From NCBI GenBank assembly GCA_965223265.1, contig OZ244999.1, positions 5,184,001 to 5,248,000 of the forward strand: DNA of 64,000 nucleotides, given 5' to 3'. Both the position numbers and the translations under genes were made by a program. Below the pieces are notes generated by a model. That model worked only from the letters and a program-made list of their open reading frames with translations, was not told where the DNA came from and searched no databases. This document shows, piece after piece, positions 39,374-48,860 of this stretch. This DNA is from Planctomycetota bacterium (GTDB lineage: Bacteria > Planctomycetota > UBA8108 > SXIK01). Within the stretch, counting starts at the first letter, position 1, and each line of letters begins with the position of its first letter.

Positions 39374-41059
39374 TCAGAAAAGAATGAGGAGCTCGACCAT
39401 CAACTCGTCGTTGTCAACGTCCCGAGGTCCCACGCCACCACCCGTGTCCTCGAAGTTGAACATGTACTCAGCCTTCAAGAGAATCTCGCCTGTCACTTCG
39501 GTGATCATGCCGACGACCAGACGCTCCCGCTCCCACGTAGCTGGTAGCGTCGCGAGCGGAGCAAGGCTCGTGTCCAGCTCGCCGTAGCGAACGAGCGGTT
39601 CGAAACTGCGTAGGTAGCGGTCGGCGATCAATCGGCCAACAGAGAATCGGTAGGAGCTTTGGACATACCAGCCTTCGCGCTCCAGCTGACCATCGTCACC
39701 TCGAATCCATTGTCCCTGGACTCGAAGCCCGTCGCGATTCCTGGTCTTGATCGCGGACCCAAAGAGTGTTCGTGCCGGCAGGAAGTATTCAGCGCCGACC
39801 CCGTACCGGATGCTCTTGCGGGATGTCGAATCGCCATACCCCGCCAAAGCAACGCCAACATTGTCGCGCAGCGTCAGGTCATTTTGTAAGAAACTGAGCG
39901 ACGTGTCGTCGAGTCGATCATGGTAGAAGAAACCCAGCAGGCTGAACTCACCGAGTGAAGCGAACTCACGACGGTATCGCAGACCGGCTCCGAGCTCGCT
40001 GACCGAAATGTCATCATCGAGATTTCGGTCATCTTGGATGATGTCGTTGAGGGCCGCTCGGTCGAAACCGATCTCGTTGTTGTCGAGCGAATTCCCCGTG
40101 CCGACCGAGAGGAAAAGAGTCAACTCACCTGCGTTCGCACCAAAATCGAAGGCTCCGTACGACTCGCGGAATTCCTCGCGGTAGCTGTCGCTGGAAACCT
40201 CGAGGTCCCGCCCTTCCGTTCCCGCTTCCCGCATGATGGAGTCGTCATCGAGGGGCAGCTCGTCGCCGAGACCGAGATCCAGCTCCGTCGCGCCAGCGTC
40301 AGGCGAGCTCAGATCGTCCTGCCGTCCGTCCTTGCTCGATTTCTTCGATTTCTTCTTCGACTTCTTCCCCGATTTCTTTTTCTTCTTGGTTTTCTTCTTC
40401 TTCGCTCCCTCGACCTTCGGCTTCGGCGGCCCTTGGGCTCTGCCGAATTTGAGCGCCCACACCGCGGCGACCGACTCGTCACGCCAGAATGCGTTGCCGA
40501 TCAGGGGATATGTCTTCGTGCGCCGATTCGGGCGGATGAAGCGATCGTCGAGTCCGAGTCGAAAGTCCGATTCGAACCACCATGCTGGGTCCGCTCGATG
40601 GCGAACCGTGATCTCTTTGAGCGTAAAGTTCTGCCCGGTCGGCTTGAGGTCGATCTGCGCACGCGTCGAGAAATGACGATTCAGCTTGAGCCGCGGCTCC
40701 AGACGTAAACGGTTAATCTCAAAGCGAGGATCAGGCTCGTCGGTCGGCCCAACGATCGGATCACCCTCGTTTTCGCTGTCTATGAAAAGTAATTCCGCCT
40801 TTCCTCCCAGCCGAAACTCAACGCCTTCGCCGACAGTGAGAATCCCTTCGGAAAAACCTCCCCCCTTCTTCTCCTTGTCCTCCAGCTTGTCGAGCTGTTT
40901 CTCGAGGTCGTTGATCCGCTCCTCGAGCTCTTCGATTCGCTGATGCGGCGACGGCACTCCAGTCTGGGCGTTGGCAGCAGTGCTCCAGACGAGCGCCAGG
41001 ACGAGCGCGCCCAATGCCGCGAACGAGATAGTCGTGTGTTTCTGGGAACAGGATCTCAT
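39374..41059 (-). CDS. Outer-membrane beta-barrel (porin-like) with poly-Lys insertion
   Basis: Signal peptide (ANA-Q); N-terminal coiled coil; amphipathic strands (GWYVQSSYRF, EPLVRY, LLKAEY); terminal Phe. Confidence 0.7.
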   Translation of the reverse strand: MRSCSQKHTTISFAALGALVLALVWSTAANAQTGVPSPHQRIEELEERINDLEKQLDKLEDKEKKGGGFSEGILTVGEGVEFRLGGKAELLFIDSENEGDPIVGPTDEPDPRFEINRLRLEPRLKLNRHFSTRAQIDLKPTGQNFTLKEITVRHRADPAWWFESDFRLGLDDRFIRPNRRTKTYPLIGNAFWRDESVAAVWALKFGRAQGPPKPKVEGAKKKKTKKKKKSGKKSKKKSKKSSKDGRQDDLSSPDAGATELDLGLGDELPLDDDSIMREAGTEGRDLEVSSDSYREEFRESYGAFDFGANAGELTLFLSVGTGNSLDNNEIGFDRAALNDIIQDDRNLDDDISVSELGAGLRYRREFASLGEFSLLGFFYHDRLDDTSLSFLQNDLTLRDNVGVALAGYGDSTSRKSIRYGVGAEYFLPARTLFGSAIKTRNRDGLRVQGQWIRGDDGQLEREGWYVQSSYRFSVGRLIADRYLRSFEPLVRYGELDTSLAPLATLPATWERERLVVGMITEVTGEILLKAEYMFNFEDTGGGVGPRDVDNDELMVELLILF

Positions 41060-41415
41060 GACGAAAATATCGGCATGTCGTGGAGTGAACTTCTAGGAGG
41101 CTGTCGAAAAAGTACTTCAAGCCGAAAACAAAGCCATTTGCGCTCAGATCGGCCGCGGCAGACTGCTTCGCCTCTGAATCTTTTCTCTGACGAGGGCGGG
41201 AGTGCGACCCGATAACGTTGCCCGAGAGCTGTCAGCAGGTCGAGACTTTGGATTCGTAGCGAATCAAGCCTTTCCGTTTATAAGGGCACTCGTCACTGAA
41301 AGGCAAGAACGACCGAATCGTCACCTTCTTGCTTCACGGCACGGCAAGAGCCGCCCACCTGAAAACGCACGAACATAGCCCGCGCACGGACGAGTCGCTC
41401 GAACACGCTCCAAAG

Positions 41416-44400
41416 TCATGGCCCACAACCCGCAATCGAGTCCGGCGTCTCATCGAAACCCAAATTGGGGTAGGGCGGCGGAATGAATGGTCCGTCCTTG
41501 AAGAGAAAGTTCGCCAGGAAGACAGGGTCGGCCACATCGATCAATCCACTGTCATCTGCGTCGAGGGCGTCGAGGCAAAACGGAAACCGTGACTCCTCCG
41601 AAAAAAGCAGCGCCAGGCTTCGTGTTACATCCGTGACGTTGAGACGGCCATCCTCGTTGGCATCGCCACGCAGGAACATCCGCGGCGCATCGGAATTGGA
41701 CACCCCGGGCGAAGGCGTCGCGAGGACCGAGATGTCCCCGAGCCCGTCTGGCTGCCGCCCGAGCGAACGATCCATCGCGAGAGCAGTAAAATCGAATTCG
41801 AACGAATCGATCACGCAGCTACCGTTCGCTACCGAGTTGATGAGATAGATCGCCCCCTGCCCGTCGAGGTCAAACGCGCTGAGCTCCTCTCCCGTCAACT
41901 CGAAAGCGGCGAAGCCATTCGGCTCGATGGCGGCAGCGCCAGCGAGCTCCAGCTTCTGCGGAAAGCGTTCATCGTCGGTCAACATGAGGCCGTCAATCGC
42001 GACCGTCTCCGTCGCACTAAGGTTCACTAGTTCGACCCACTTGCGAGGCACGCCCGATCCGTCTCCGAGCGGCGCATTCCGATTCAATTCGTTGATCGCC
42101 ACCGGGGGTCTCTCTGCCGCAGCCGTACCAAAGCTAAAGGGTCCGGCCGCGAGCGCCGAGCCGCACAGATCCGTGAGTTCGACTTCATACGAAACAACCG
42201 GTGGCAACTCTCCCCCTCTCAGATCCGCCACCACCTCGAGGTGCACACTCGTGTATCCCGGCGGCGAGACAGCGCAGGCGCCAGCTCCCAGGCCGCACGA
42301 GAAGTTTCTGATGCTCGCCCGCGTCTCTTCAGATGTGTCACCGATCTGGACACGGAACATCGCCTCGTCGATGGCGAAGTTCGGATTGAGTGTGGCGGGA
42401 TCGAGAGCCTCGATGAGCGAGGTATCAACGAAGACAACCGCCTGCAGGCGCACAAAACTCGTCGTCACACACGTATTGTTCGCGTCTAAGAGATCGGTGT
42501 GGAAGGCGCTGTGAAACAAGGGCGGCAGCAGATCCGACAGGTTGCGCTGATCAGGCGTCGGCACAAGTTCCGCGAATGGACTCTCGGCGTCGCAAAGCCG
42601 TCCGAACGAGATGTCGGCCCGACAGGTCCCGTCCGGAGCGTCGAGATCCCACGTCAGTGTATCGACGATCGAGTTGGCACCTCCTTCACGGCCGTCGGGC
42701 GCGATGAGGAAGAGCGTCTCTTCGCACGCGAGTTCGAAACTGCCTGACACCTCGAAGTACCGCGGCGGCACCGGATCTGGTGGCGGCCCGAAGTACAGCG
42801 TCAAGACGTCACCGGGAGCGACAATGGCCCCATCCGGGAAGCGCCATTCGCGCGCCCGGCGGACCGGCAAAGTAAACGACTCAGGAAACTTAGCCTGCGC
42901 CAGGTAGTAACCGCTGAGGTCGAACGGCTCACCGCCAGAATTAAAGAGCTCAACATAGTCGTGCGACTTGGGGTCAAGCGACCCGACAAACGGTGGCAAG
43001 AGCGTCGTCTCATTGTCCGGCAAGACCTCATTGAAGCGAGGCGTCGCGGGGTCGCGCTCGAATCCGACGAGATACTGAAACGACACTTCCACGTCCGGCC
43101 TGTCGTCGTAGATCGTCTCGAGTCCGAGCGCCAGGTCTTGAGCGACTAACGAAAACGTAACGAACGAACCGCTCGGCTGGGGCGGGATCTCGGCCTCGAC
43201 GTCGTAGAGCAGACTCGCAGCTGCGGCGGCGCCTTGATTGGTAGCGAGCTCAAGGTCCGCTCCCGTCAGCTGGACCACACCACCTTCGCCGGGATCGCTC
43301 GAGTAGTGAATCTCGACAATCGCTTGGCTCGGAAGTGTGTCCTGGTCGAAGCTCACCTGCGAGCGCACAAGCACGGCGTCATCCGCCTGTGGGTTGCGAG
43401 GAAAGACCGTAACGATTTCGTCAAACCGCGGCTGCACGTCACACACAAGCGTGTTGTCTCCGCCAGGTGTCGGTGTACACAGAAAGTTTCCCGGGGCCAA
43501 TTCGCCAGTAAACATCGATTCGACGACGGATGGACGACCAAGGGAAACGTCTGCCTTGACCGTAGGAATCATCGAGAGCTCGTCACGAAACTCCGGTGGC
43601 ACTTCCTCGAATCGGATCTCAACGAGATCGATCTTGCGGCCACTGGGATCAAGAAGCACGAAACCATCCGGGTCGTTGCGTCTTGTCGCGTCGAGCCGAA
43701 AGCTCGTCGACACGAAGTACGGAACGCCGTCGCCATCCAGCAATTGGCAACCCGCAGCCCCACGCAGCTGTCCCACGTCCTCAAGCCGGTAGATAGGACG
43801 TTCATCACGATCTCGATTGTCGGCCAGGACGACTAAGAAACATCCCGGCTCGAGTACGATCGACTCGGTGGCTATCTCGTATGGGACAGAAGGATCAATG
43901 AATCGCCACGGATCGAGTTGCAGCAACTCGCCGGTACCAAAGCGCCGCCAATCTCCGAGCGAGACCATGCCAAACTCACTGAGATCGACCGCCTCGGTGC
44001 CGAAGTTGTGTATCTCGAACCAGTCCGGCGTCTTGACGCGATTGCCGAGAAAGAACCGCAGCGAGTCATTGATTGGTACATATTCGTTGACTAAGAGGGT
44101 GGCGAGCTGACTCTGCCCCTCGCCGAACGTTAAACAATCGAGTAGTTGCCGGGTGGTCAGATTCTCGACCGTCACAGTCACACGCCCGCGGCGAACCGTG
44201 CCGCACGGAGCGCCTGGAATGACGCCACGATAGTTAAGCTGCGAGCGAGGAACGACTAGAGGAGTGCCGTTGATGTCCACGCGACTCGTGTCCGGTGGCG
44301 CCGGCGTCACAGAGTCGAGAAAGAGCTCGACGCCTTCGATCGTGAAGGGCTGATCCGCAACTCCCTGCACGCAAGAGTCGAGATCGGTATAGTCGAGCAC

Positions 44401-45174
44401 GGTGACGACCTCGTCGACTCTGGAGGTATCTACAGTGACTCTGAACCCGACGTCGGCACTCTCGCCGCAGGCTGGCAGAACTGTCGAAAGTTCCGTCCCG
44501 TTCACTGCTAAGGTGCCGGTATCCGTCGGCATATTCGGCGCACTCGGGGTCGGTCCGGAGTAGATCACACCAAACTCCCCAGCTCCATCCGGGAAACGCC
44601 CGACCGAGACATTCTGTTCGACCCCACGGACTCCGACACGGTCAACAAGCACGCCGCCGTCAAAGAGATAAAGCGTCTCCGCGGCACCGAAGCCGAAGTC
44701 CGCCGTCAGACCGGTCGGTGCACAACTGGTGACGCAGGTGTCGAACGCCGTAAAGCACTCCGCCTCGTCCGAGGGCGTCGGTTCCGTCAAAGCGGCCAGA
44801 CAGGCGTCTCGCTCTTCAGCGCACGTTGGCGCACACCTCTCCTTGCGAAACACGAAGACGACGACGAACTCCTTCGCGTCAATGACGGCGCCGGGGGGAA
44901 AACGAAACTTGCCGGGGCGATCAAGGTCGTCAGAGAGCGAAAACCCGGCAAGAGAGAGAGGAGTGCTGCCGTCGTTGAAGATCTCGACCCAATCCTGGAC
45001 GATCGGCGCACCAGCGTCGTCGAGGACCACCGTCGAGGAGTTTCTCGGCATCGCCTCGTTGAGGCGCAGGGCCCGTCGGCTGCTCGAGGAACGCGACGAT
45101 GGCTCACAGGAAAGAAGCGCGACGATGGCGAAACAGGCGCAAAGCCAAATGCGAGACCGGTCGTAGACCTTCAT
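41416..45174 (-). CDS. Secreted/lipoprotein with four lamin-tail domains and C-terminal dockerin-like domain
   Basis: Lipobox-like LLS-C; LNEAMP, VNEYVP, FNEVLP and INELN units with (D/K)(W/Y)xE(I/L)xN; FLRGDANEDG dockerin. Confidence 0.8.
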   Translation of the reverse strand: MKVYDRSRIWLCACFAIVALLSCEPSSRSSSSRRALRLNEAMPRNSSTVVLDDAGAPIVQDWVEIFNDGSTPLSLAGFSLSDDLDRPGKFRFPPGAVIDAKEFVVVFVFRKERCAPTCAEERDACLAALTEPTPSDEAECFTAFDTCVTSCAPTGLTADFGFGAAETLYLFDGGVLVDRVGVRGVEQNVSVGRFPDGAGEFGVIYSGPTPSAPNMPTDTGTLAVNGTELSTVLPACGESADVGFRVTVDTSRVDEVVTVLDYTDLDSCVQGVADQPFTIEGVELFLDSVTPAPPDTSRVDINGTPLVVPRSQLNYRGVIPGAPCGTVRRGRVTVTVENLTTRQLLDCLTFGEGQSQLATLLVNEYVPINDSLRFFLGNRVKTPDWFEIHNFGTEAVDLSEFGMVSLGDWRRFGTGELLQLDPWRFIDPSVPYEIATESIVLEPGCFLVVLADNRDRDERPIYRLEDVGQLRGAAGCQLLDGDGVPYFVSTSFRLDATRRNDPDGFVLLDPSGRKIDLVEIRFEEVPPEFRDELSMIPTVKADVSLGRPSVVESMFTGELAPGNFLCTPTPGGDNTLVCDVQPRFDEIVTVFPRNPQADDAVLVRSQVSFDQDTLPSQAIVEIHYSSDPGEGGVVQLTGADLELATNQGAAAAASLLYDVEAEIPPQPSGSFVTFSLVAQDLALGLETIYDDRPDVEVSFQYLVGFERDPATPRFNEVLPDNETTLLPPFVGSLDPKSHDYVELFNSGGEPFDLSGYYLAQAKFPESFTLPVRRAREWRFPDGAIVAPGDVLTLYFGPPPDPVPPRYFEVSGSFELACEETLFLIAPDGREGGANSIVDTLTWDLDAPDGTCRADISFGRLCDAESPFAELVPTPDQRNLSDLLPPLFHSAFHTDLLDANNTCVTTSFVRLQAVVFVDTSLIEALDPATLNPNFAIDEAMFRVQIGDTSEETRASIRNFSCGLGAGACAVSPPGYTSVHLEVVADLRGGELPPVVSYEVELTDLCGSALAAGPFSFGTAAAERPPVAINELNRNAPLGDGSGVPRKWVELVNLSATETVAIDGLMLTDDERFPQKLELAGAAAIEPNGFAAFELTGEELSAFDLDGQGAIYLINSVANGSCVIDSFEFDFTALAMDRSLGRQPDGLGDISVLATPSPGVSNSDAPRMFLRGDANEDGRLNVTDVTRSLALLFSEESRFPFCLDALDADDSGLIDVADPVFLANFLFKDGPFIPPPYPNLGFDETPDSIAGCGP

Positions 45175-45410
45175 CGTCAGACGGCGCATAGAGAGAAAGG
45201 CTCCTCTTTCCAGCACCCGTTCAATTCGAGATCCTCCCGCGGTCAGATCCGCAGTCGGGATGTTCGGGACGTTACAATCAGGGAACTTTCCAGCCGGATA
45301 ACGTTGCAAGCCAGAACGCACGTCTCAGGCGAAGACATTCGGAATCGCGGCGATGGAACAACGGTGTGGACGGGCTGGTTCGATCAGGCGAGGAAACGCG
45401 AACGTTGGCG

Positions 45411-45419
45411 ATTATAGCA
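45411..45419 (-). promoter_or_regulatory. Extended -10 promoter element
   Basis: TGCTATAAT upstream of the 41416-45174 gene. Confidence 0.45.
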
Positions 45420-45556
45420 CAACGTTAGATGCGGAGCGCTGAAACTTTCCCAAACCACTGAGCTTGATACATAGGTCGCTCTTGCATAGGCTTCCTCAAA
45501 CCAAACAAGGCCTGCTGCGTCCCACCTCAGTGCCCGTCAAGTGGAGGAACCTGCCG

Positions 45557-46735
45557 ATGGCGACAGAATCGATGACGCTGATCACGCGTGTCGACGTCGT
45601 TCGTGCGGCGAGCATTCTGCCCAACAGTTCGGTGCTTGTCAGCGGCAGTAGAATCGTCGCTGTCGGGAAGCCAGCTTCGCAAGCGGCCCGCCGCTCGAGC
45701 GTCCAACGCCTCGACGGCCGTGGCGGCTACCTCTCCGCCGGCTTCGTCGATCTCCACACCCACGGGGTGGTCGGAGTCGACTTGGTTCGGGCCGACGAGG
45801 CGGAGTTCTCGCGGGCGATGCAGTTCTATCTTTCGTGCGGCGTGACATCGATTCTCGCCAGCGTCTACCCCCAGCCCTGGTCGCAGCTGCTGAAGTGTGT
45901 CCGGCGGTTGGCGCGCTTCGTGGAGGAGGGCATCGGAAACGGTGTCGCTGTTGGACTGCATCTCGAGGGCCCCTACCTCAGTTCGAAGCGCCCGGGCGCC
46001 CTACCCGCCAAGCACTTTCGACGCTATGCGGCCGGCGATCTCGATGCGTTGCTGGAGGCGGGAGGTGGCATGGTGCGCACCATGACGTTGGCGCCCGAGA
46101 TCGCGGGAAGCAGTCGCCTGATCGATCGCCTCCGTCGGCACGGGGTCGTCCCGGCGTTTGGCCACTCTGACGCTGACTACCAGGGCACCCGCGCCTGCTT
46201 GGCACGCGGCGTGAGCTACGCCACTCACCTCTTCAACGCCATGAACGGCGTTCACCACCGCTCCCCTGGAGCCGTCATGGCGCTCCTGGAAGACAGAGAC
46301 ACTGCCGTTGAGCTCATCGCCGACGGCCACCATGTGGACGTGCCGCTTCTGCGTCTCGTGGAGCGGGAAAAACGGGCCGATAAGATTCTCCTGGTCAGCG
46401 ATTCAGTGCAGCCGTGTGGCCTGAAGCCGGGACGCTGCAGCTTCGCAGGACGCAGCGGCTACGCACGTGGTGGTCGCGTGACGCTGGCAGACGGCACCCT
46501 CGCCGGCAGCTTGCTGACGCTCCCGGAAGCCGTCCGCCGCTGGGTGCAAGAGGTCGGGGCGCCGCCGGCGGCCGCTTTCGCCGCAGCGACGCGCAACCCG
46601 GCACGCGCGATTGGGCTCCGGCGCGGCGAACTGGTCAAAGGGCGGCCGGCTGATCTGACGCTCCTGGACAAAGACTTTCGCGTTCAGGCGACTTGGCTCG
46701 GCGGGCGGCTCGCATTTCGTCGCCGCCGCGGCTAG
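45557..46735 (+). CDS. nagA: N-acetylglucosamine-6-phosphate deacetylase
   Basis: GFVDLHTHG, LHLEGPY, TLAPE, GHS, THLFNAM, IADGHH, LAGS; GGAGG RBS. Confidence 0.95.
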   Translation: MATESMTLITRVDVVRAASILPNSSVLVSGSRIVAVGKPASQAARRSSVQRLDGRGGYLSAGFVDLHTHGVVGVDLVRADEAEFSRAMQFYLSCGVTSILASVYPQPWSQLLKCVRRLARFVEEGIGNGVAVGLHLEGPYLSSKRPGALPAKHFRRYAAGDLDALLEAGGGMVRTMTLAPEIAGSSRLIDRLRRHGVVPAFGHSDADYQGTRACLARGVSYATHLFNAMNGVHHRSPGAVMALLEDRDTAVELIADGHHVDVPLLRLVEREKRADKILLVSDSVQPCGLKPGRCSFAGRSGYARGGRVTLADGTLAGSLLTLPEAVRRWVQEVGAPPAAAFAAATRNPARAIGLRRGELVKGRPADLTLLDKDFRVQATWLGGRLAFRRRRG

Positions 46736-46905
46736 GCGCCGGTTTCGCAGCCTGCCGGCGGGCTGCTCGTGGGGCTCTGCCGGCTCCGGCAGCGTTTGTG
46801 CGCGGCGCAGAGGGGCCTGCGGACAACTGTAGATTGCATTCCCCGGCGCAAGAGCCTCGCAAGGACCCAGTCAGAAACCCTCGCCCAGCGGCACGCAATT
46901 TCGCC

Positions 46906-46934
46906 TTGGAAGCGGTTGCTGCCCCACCTATAAT
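46906..46934 (+). promoter_or_regulatory. sigma70-type promoter for rpmH
   Basis: TTGGAA-17 nt-TATAAT. Confidence 0.6.
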
Positions 46935-47023
46935 GCCGCCTGGATTTTCAGCCAGGGCGCTCCCCGGCTGCGTCAGCAAACGACACGTCTCATCAGATTC
47001 ATCAGATCGATAGGAACCTGGGC

Positions 47024-47170
47024 ATGCGCGTCAGGATCAGAAAGAGCAACGTCAAACGAGACAAGCGCGGTTTTCGGCATCGAATGAAGACGCGCGCCGG
47101 TCGCAAGATGATCAACAAGCGACGACGCATCGGGCGCAAACTGCCCGGCCACAAGAAGCCGCGACGTTGA
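47024..47170 (+). CDS. rpmH: 50S ribosomal protein bL34
   Basis: Below the ORF-track cutoff. Translates as MRVRIRKSNVKRDKRGFRHRMKTRAGRKMINKRRRIGRKLPGHKKPRR, with the GFRxRMxTxxGRxxxxxRRxxGR signature; AGGA RBS. Confidence 0.92.
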   Translation: MRVRIRKSNVKRDKRGFRHRMKTRAGRKMINKRRRIGRKLPGHKKPRR

Positions 47171-47278
47171 CGCCTTTTTGAGCGGGCTGTTCACTCGAGT
47201 TTCAGTGAACGCTCGTACGCTTGTTGGTGGCCGATCGCCGTCGGCGAAGGCGAAAAGCAGCGACCAAAAGAGTGTGAC

Positions 47279-47321
47279 AAAAAAATGGGACAACCCCGTG
47301 ATCGAGGTTGTCCCATTTTTT
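47279..47321. terminator. Bidirectional intrinsic terminator
   Basis: A7-TGGGACAACC-10 nt loop-GGTTGTCCCA-T6, between convergent rpmH and the actin-like gene. Confidence 0.85.
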
Positions 47322-47362
47322 GCTACAGATACTACAGAGCCGCGCGATCGCTGACCGCTGCC

Positions 47363-48472
47363 TTACATAGGCACTTGCCACTGATCGTCACGCACGTTGT
47401 CGGCGACTTTGAGGGCGCCGTTGGCAACGAGGCGCTTGTAGTCACTTGGACGCACCGTGCGAGCACAGTCGTAACCCTCTTCGCGAAGCGTCTCCTGGAG
47501 GCGCTCGCAGAGGCCGCTGATCTGTGAACCACCGCCGGTGACGATGATGTTTTCCATGACCTTGACAATGGAGTCTGAGTCACAGCGCGACAAGAGATCA
47601 CGAATACCGCGGAGGATCAGCGGCACGAGAGCGTCGCAAGCCTCTTGAATGATTTCGGCGAAGTCAACGATCCGAGGGCGTCCATCAACGTAAACCTTGA
47701 CGTTGGCGTCGCGGTCGAAGCCCTCGACGAAGGAGTGACTCTCCTTGAGCTGCGTGATCGTTACGCGAGTGAGCTTGAGGTCAGGATAGCGCCGGGCGAT
47801 ACACTGCGCCAAGGTGTCGTCGATAAAGTTTCCGGCTTGCGGGAAACTGATCTGGTCGTCGGCGGTCGGGTAGTAGCCGCGGACGAGGCAGAGATCTGTC
47901 GTCCCTGCGCCGATATCGACGATCAGCGAGTGCTTGGTGGGATCGCCGCCCGTCTTCCCGTAGTGCGGGTCATCGCGCAGACCCATGGCGGCCAGGAAAG
48001 GCTCTGGGACAACCACGAGTCGATCGAGGACTCCGACCATCGTGGCGCGGAGACTTTTCTGCTGCTCCTTCGTACAGTTCGCGGGCGCACCAACGACACC
48101 CCAGACCTGCTGCTTTGGGTCGTTGGTCACGACGTTGCGCAGGTGCTTCGTGAAAAGACGAGTGGTCTCGACGTCGTCGACACAACCCTCGTGAAGAATC
48201 CATTTCAGATCGAGATGCAAGCGGTAATCGACGGCCTCGTCGCCAAAGAGCGTATCGGTATCGTTCGGAAGGATTCCAGGGATGATTCCGGCTTTCGGAA
48301 AGCCGATGACTGATCGAATCAGATCCGTTTCGTTCGGAAAGTCGATCAACTGCTCGCCACACTTTGCAGCGACCACGGTCGTGTTCGTGCCGAGGTCCAA
48401 ACCAAGCTTGACGACGGTCGCTGCCGGCTTGGGAGCAGGCGTCTTCGCTTTGACGTTTTCGTTTTTGGGCAT
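47363..48472 (-). CDS. MamK-like (MreB/MamK family) bacterial actin
   Basis: GLDLGT (phosphate 1), IRSVIGFPK, FGDEA, VPEPFLAA, IVDIGAGTTDLC..G..P...DQI....AGNFID (phosphate 2), TGGGSQI (adenosine). Confidence 0.85.
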   Translation of the reverse strand: MPKNENVKAKTPAPKPAATVVKLGLDLGTNTTVVAAKCGEQLIDFPNETDLIRSVIGFPKAGIIPGILPNDTDTLFGDEAVDYRLHLDLKWILHEGCVDDVETTRLFTKHLRNVVTNDPKQQVWGVVGAPANCTKEQQKSLRATMVGVLDRLVVVPEPFLAAMGLRDDPHYGKTGGDPTKHSLIVDIGAGTTDLCLVRGYYPTADDQISFPQAGNFIDDTLAQCIARRYPDLKLTRVTITQLKESHSFVEGFDRDANVKVYVDGRPRIVDFAEIIQEACDALVPLILRGIRDLLSRCDSDSIVKVMENIIVTGGGSQISGLCERLQETLREEGYDCARTVRPSDYKRLVANGALKVADNVRDDQWQVPM

Positions 48473-48860
48473 CGCTATTCCCTTCTTACAACCTTCAAAA
48501 ACACATTCAGCTGTCCGCAGGAAAGCTATGGCCCAACGGGGGCATGCGAAGGACAAAGTCCTGCGGCTACCACAAGCAATCTGTCAAGAGTGTCAAAGTG
48601 TGTTCCACCACCAGCACCTTCAACGGCTTTCGCCATCCCAGGCGCCAGCGGTTGACCCAATCATCTTCTGGCCGTTAGCCATGAATTGACGGGCTGCAGA
48701 ACACGCAGAGTTCGTAAGAGGGACACGGTTGTTTGCCGGCCGCCACCGAGTCCTTACGAGCTCGAATTGAACACCTGACAATGAGCAAGAAGCGCGCCAC
48801 GCTCGCGCGGCTCGCCGACGCGTCATGACCACCACCCGGAAGGTCAATCGCATGAACCAA

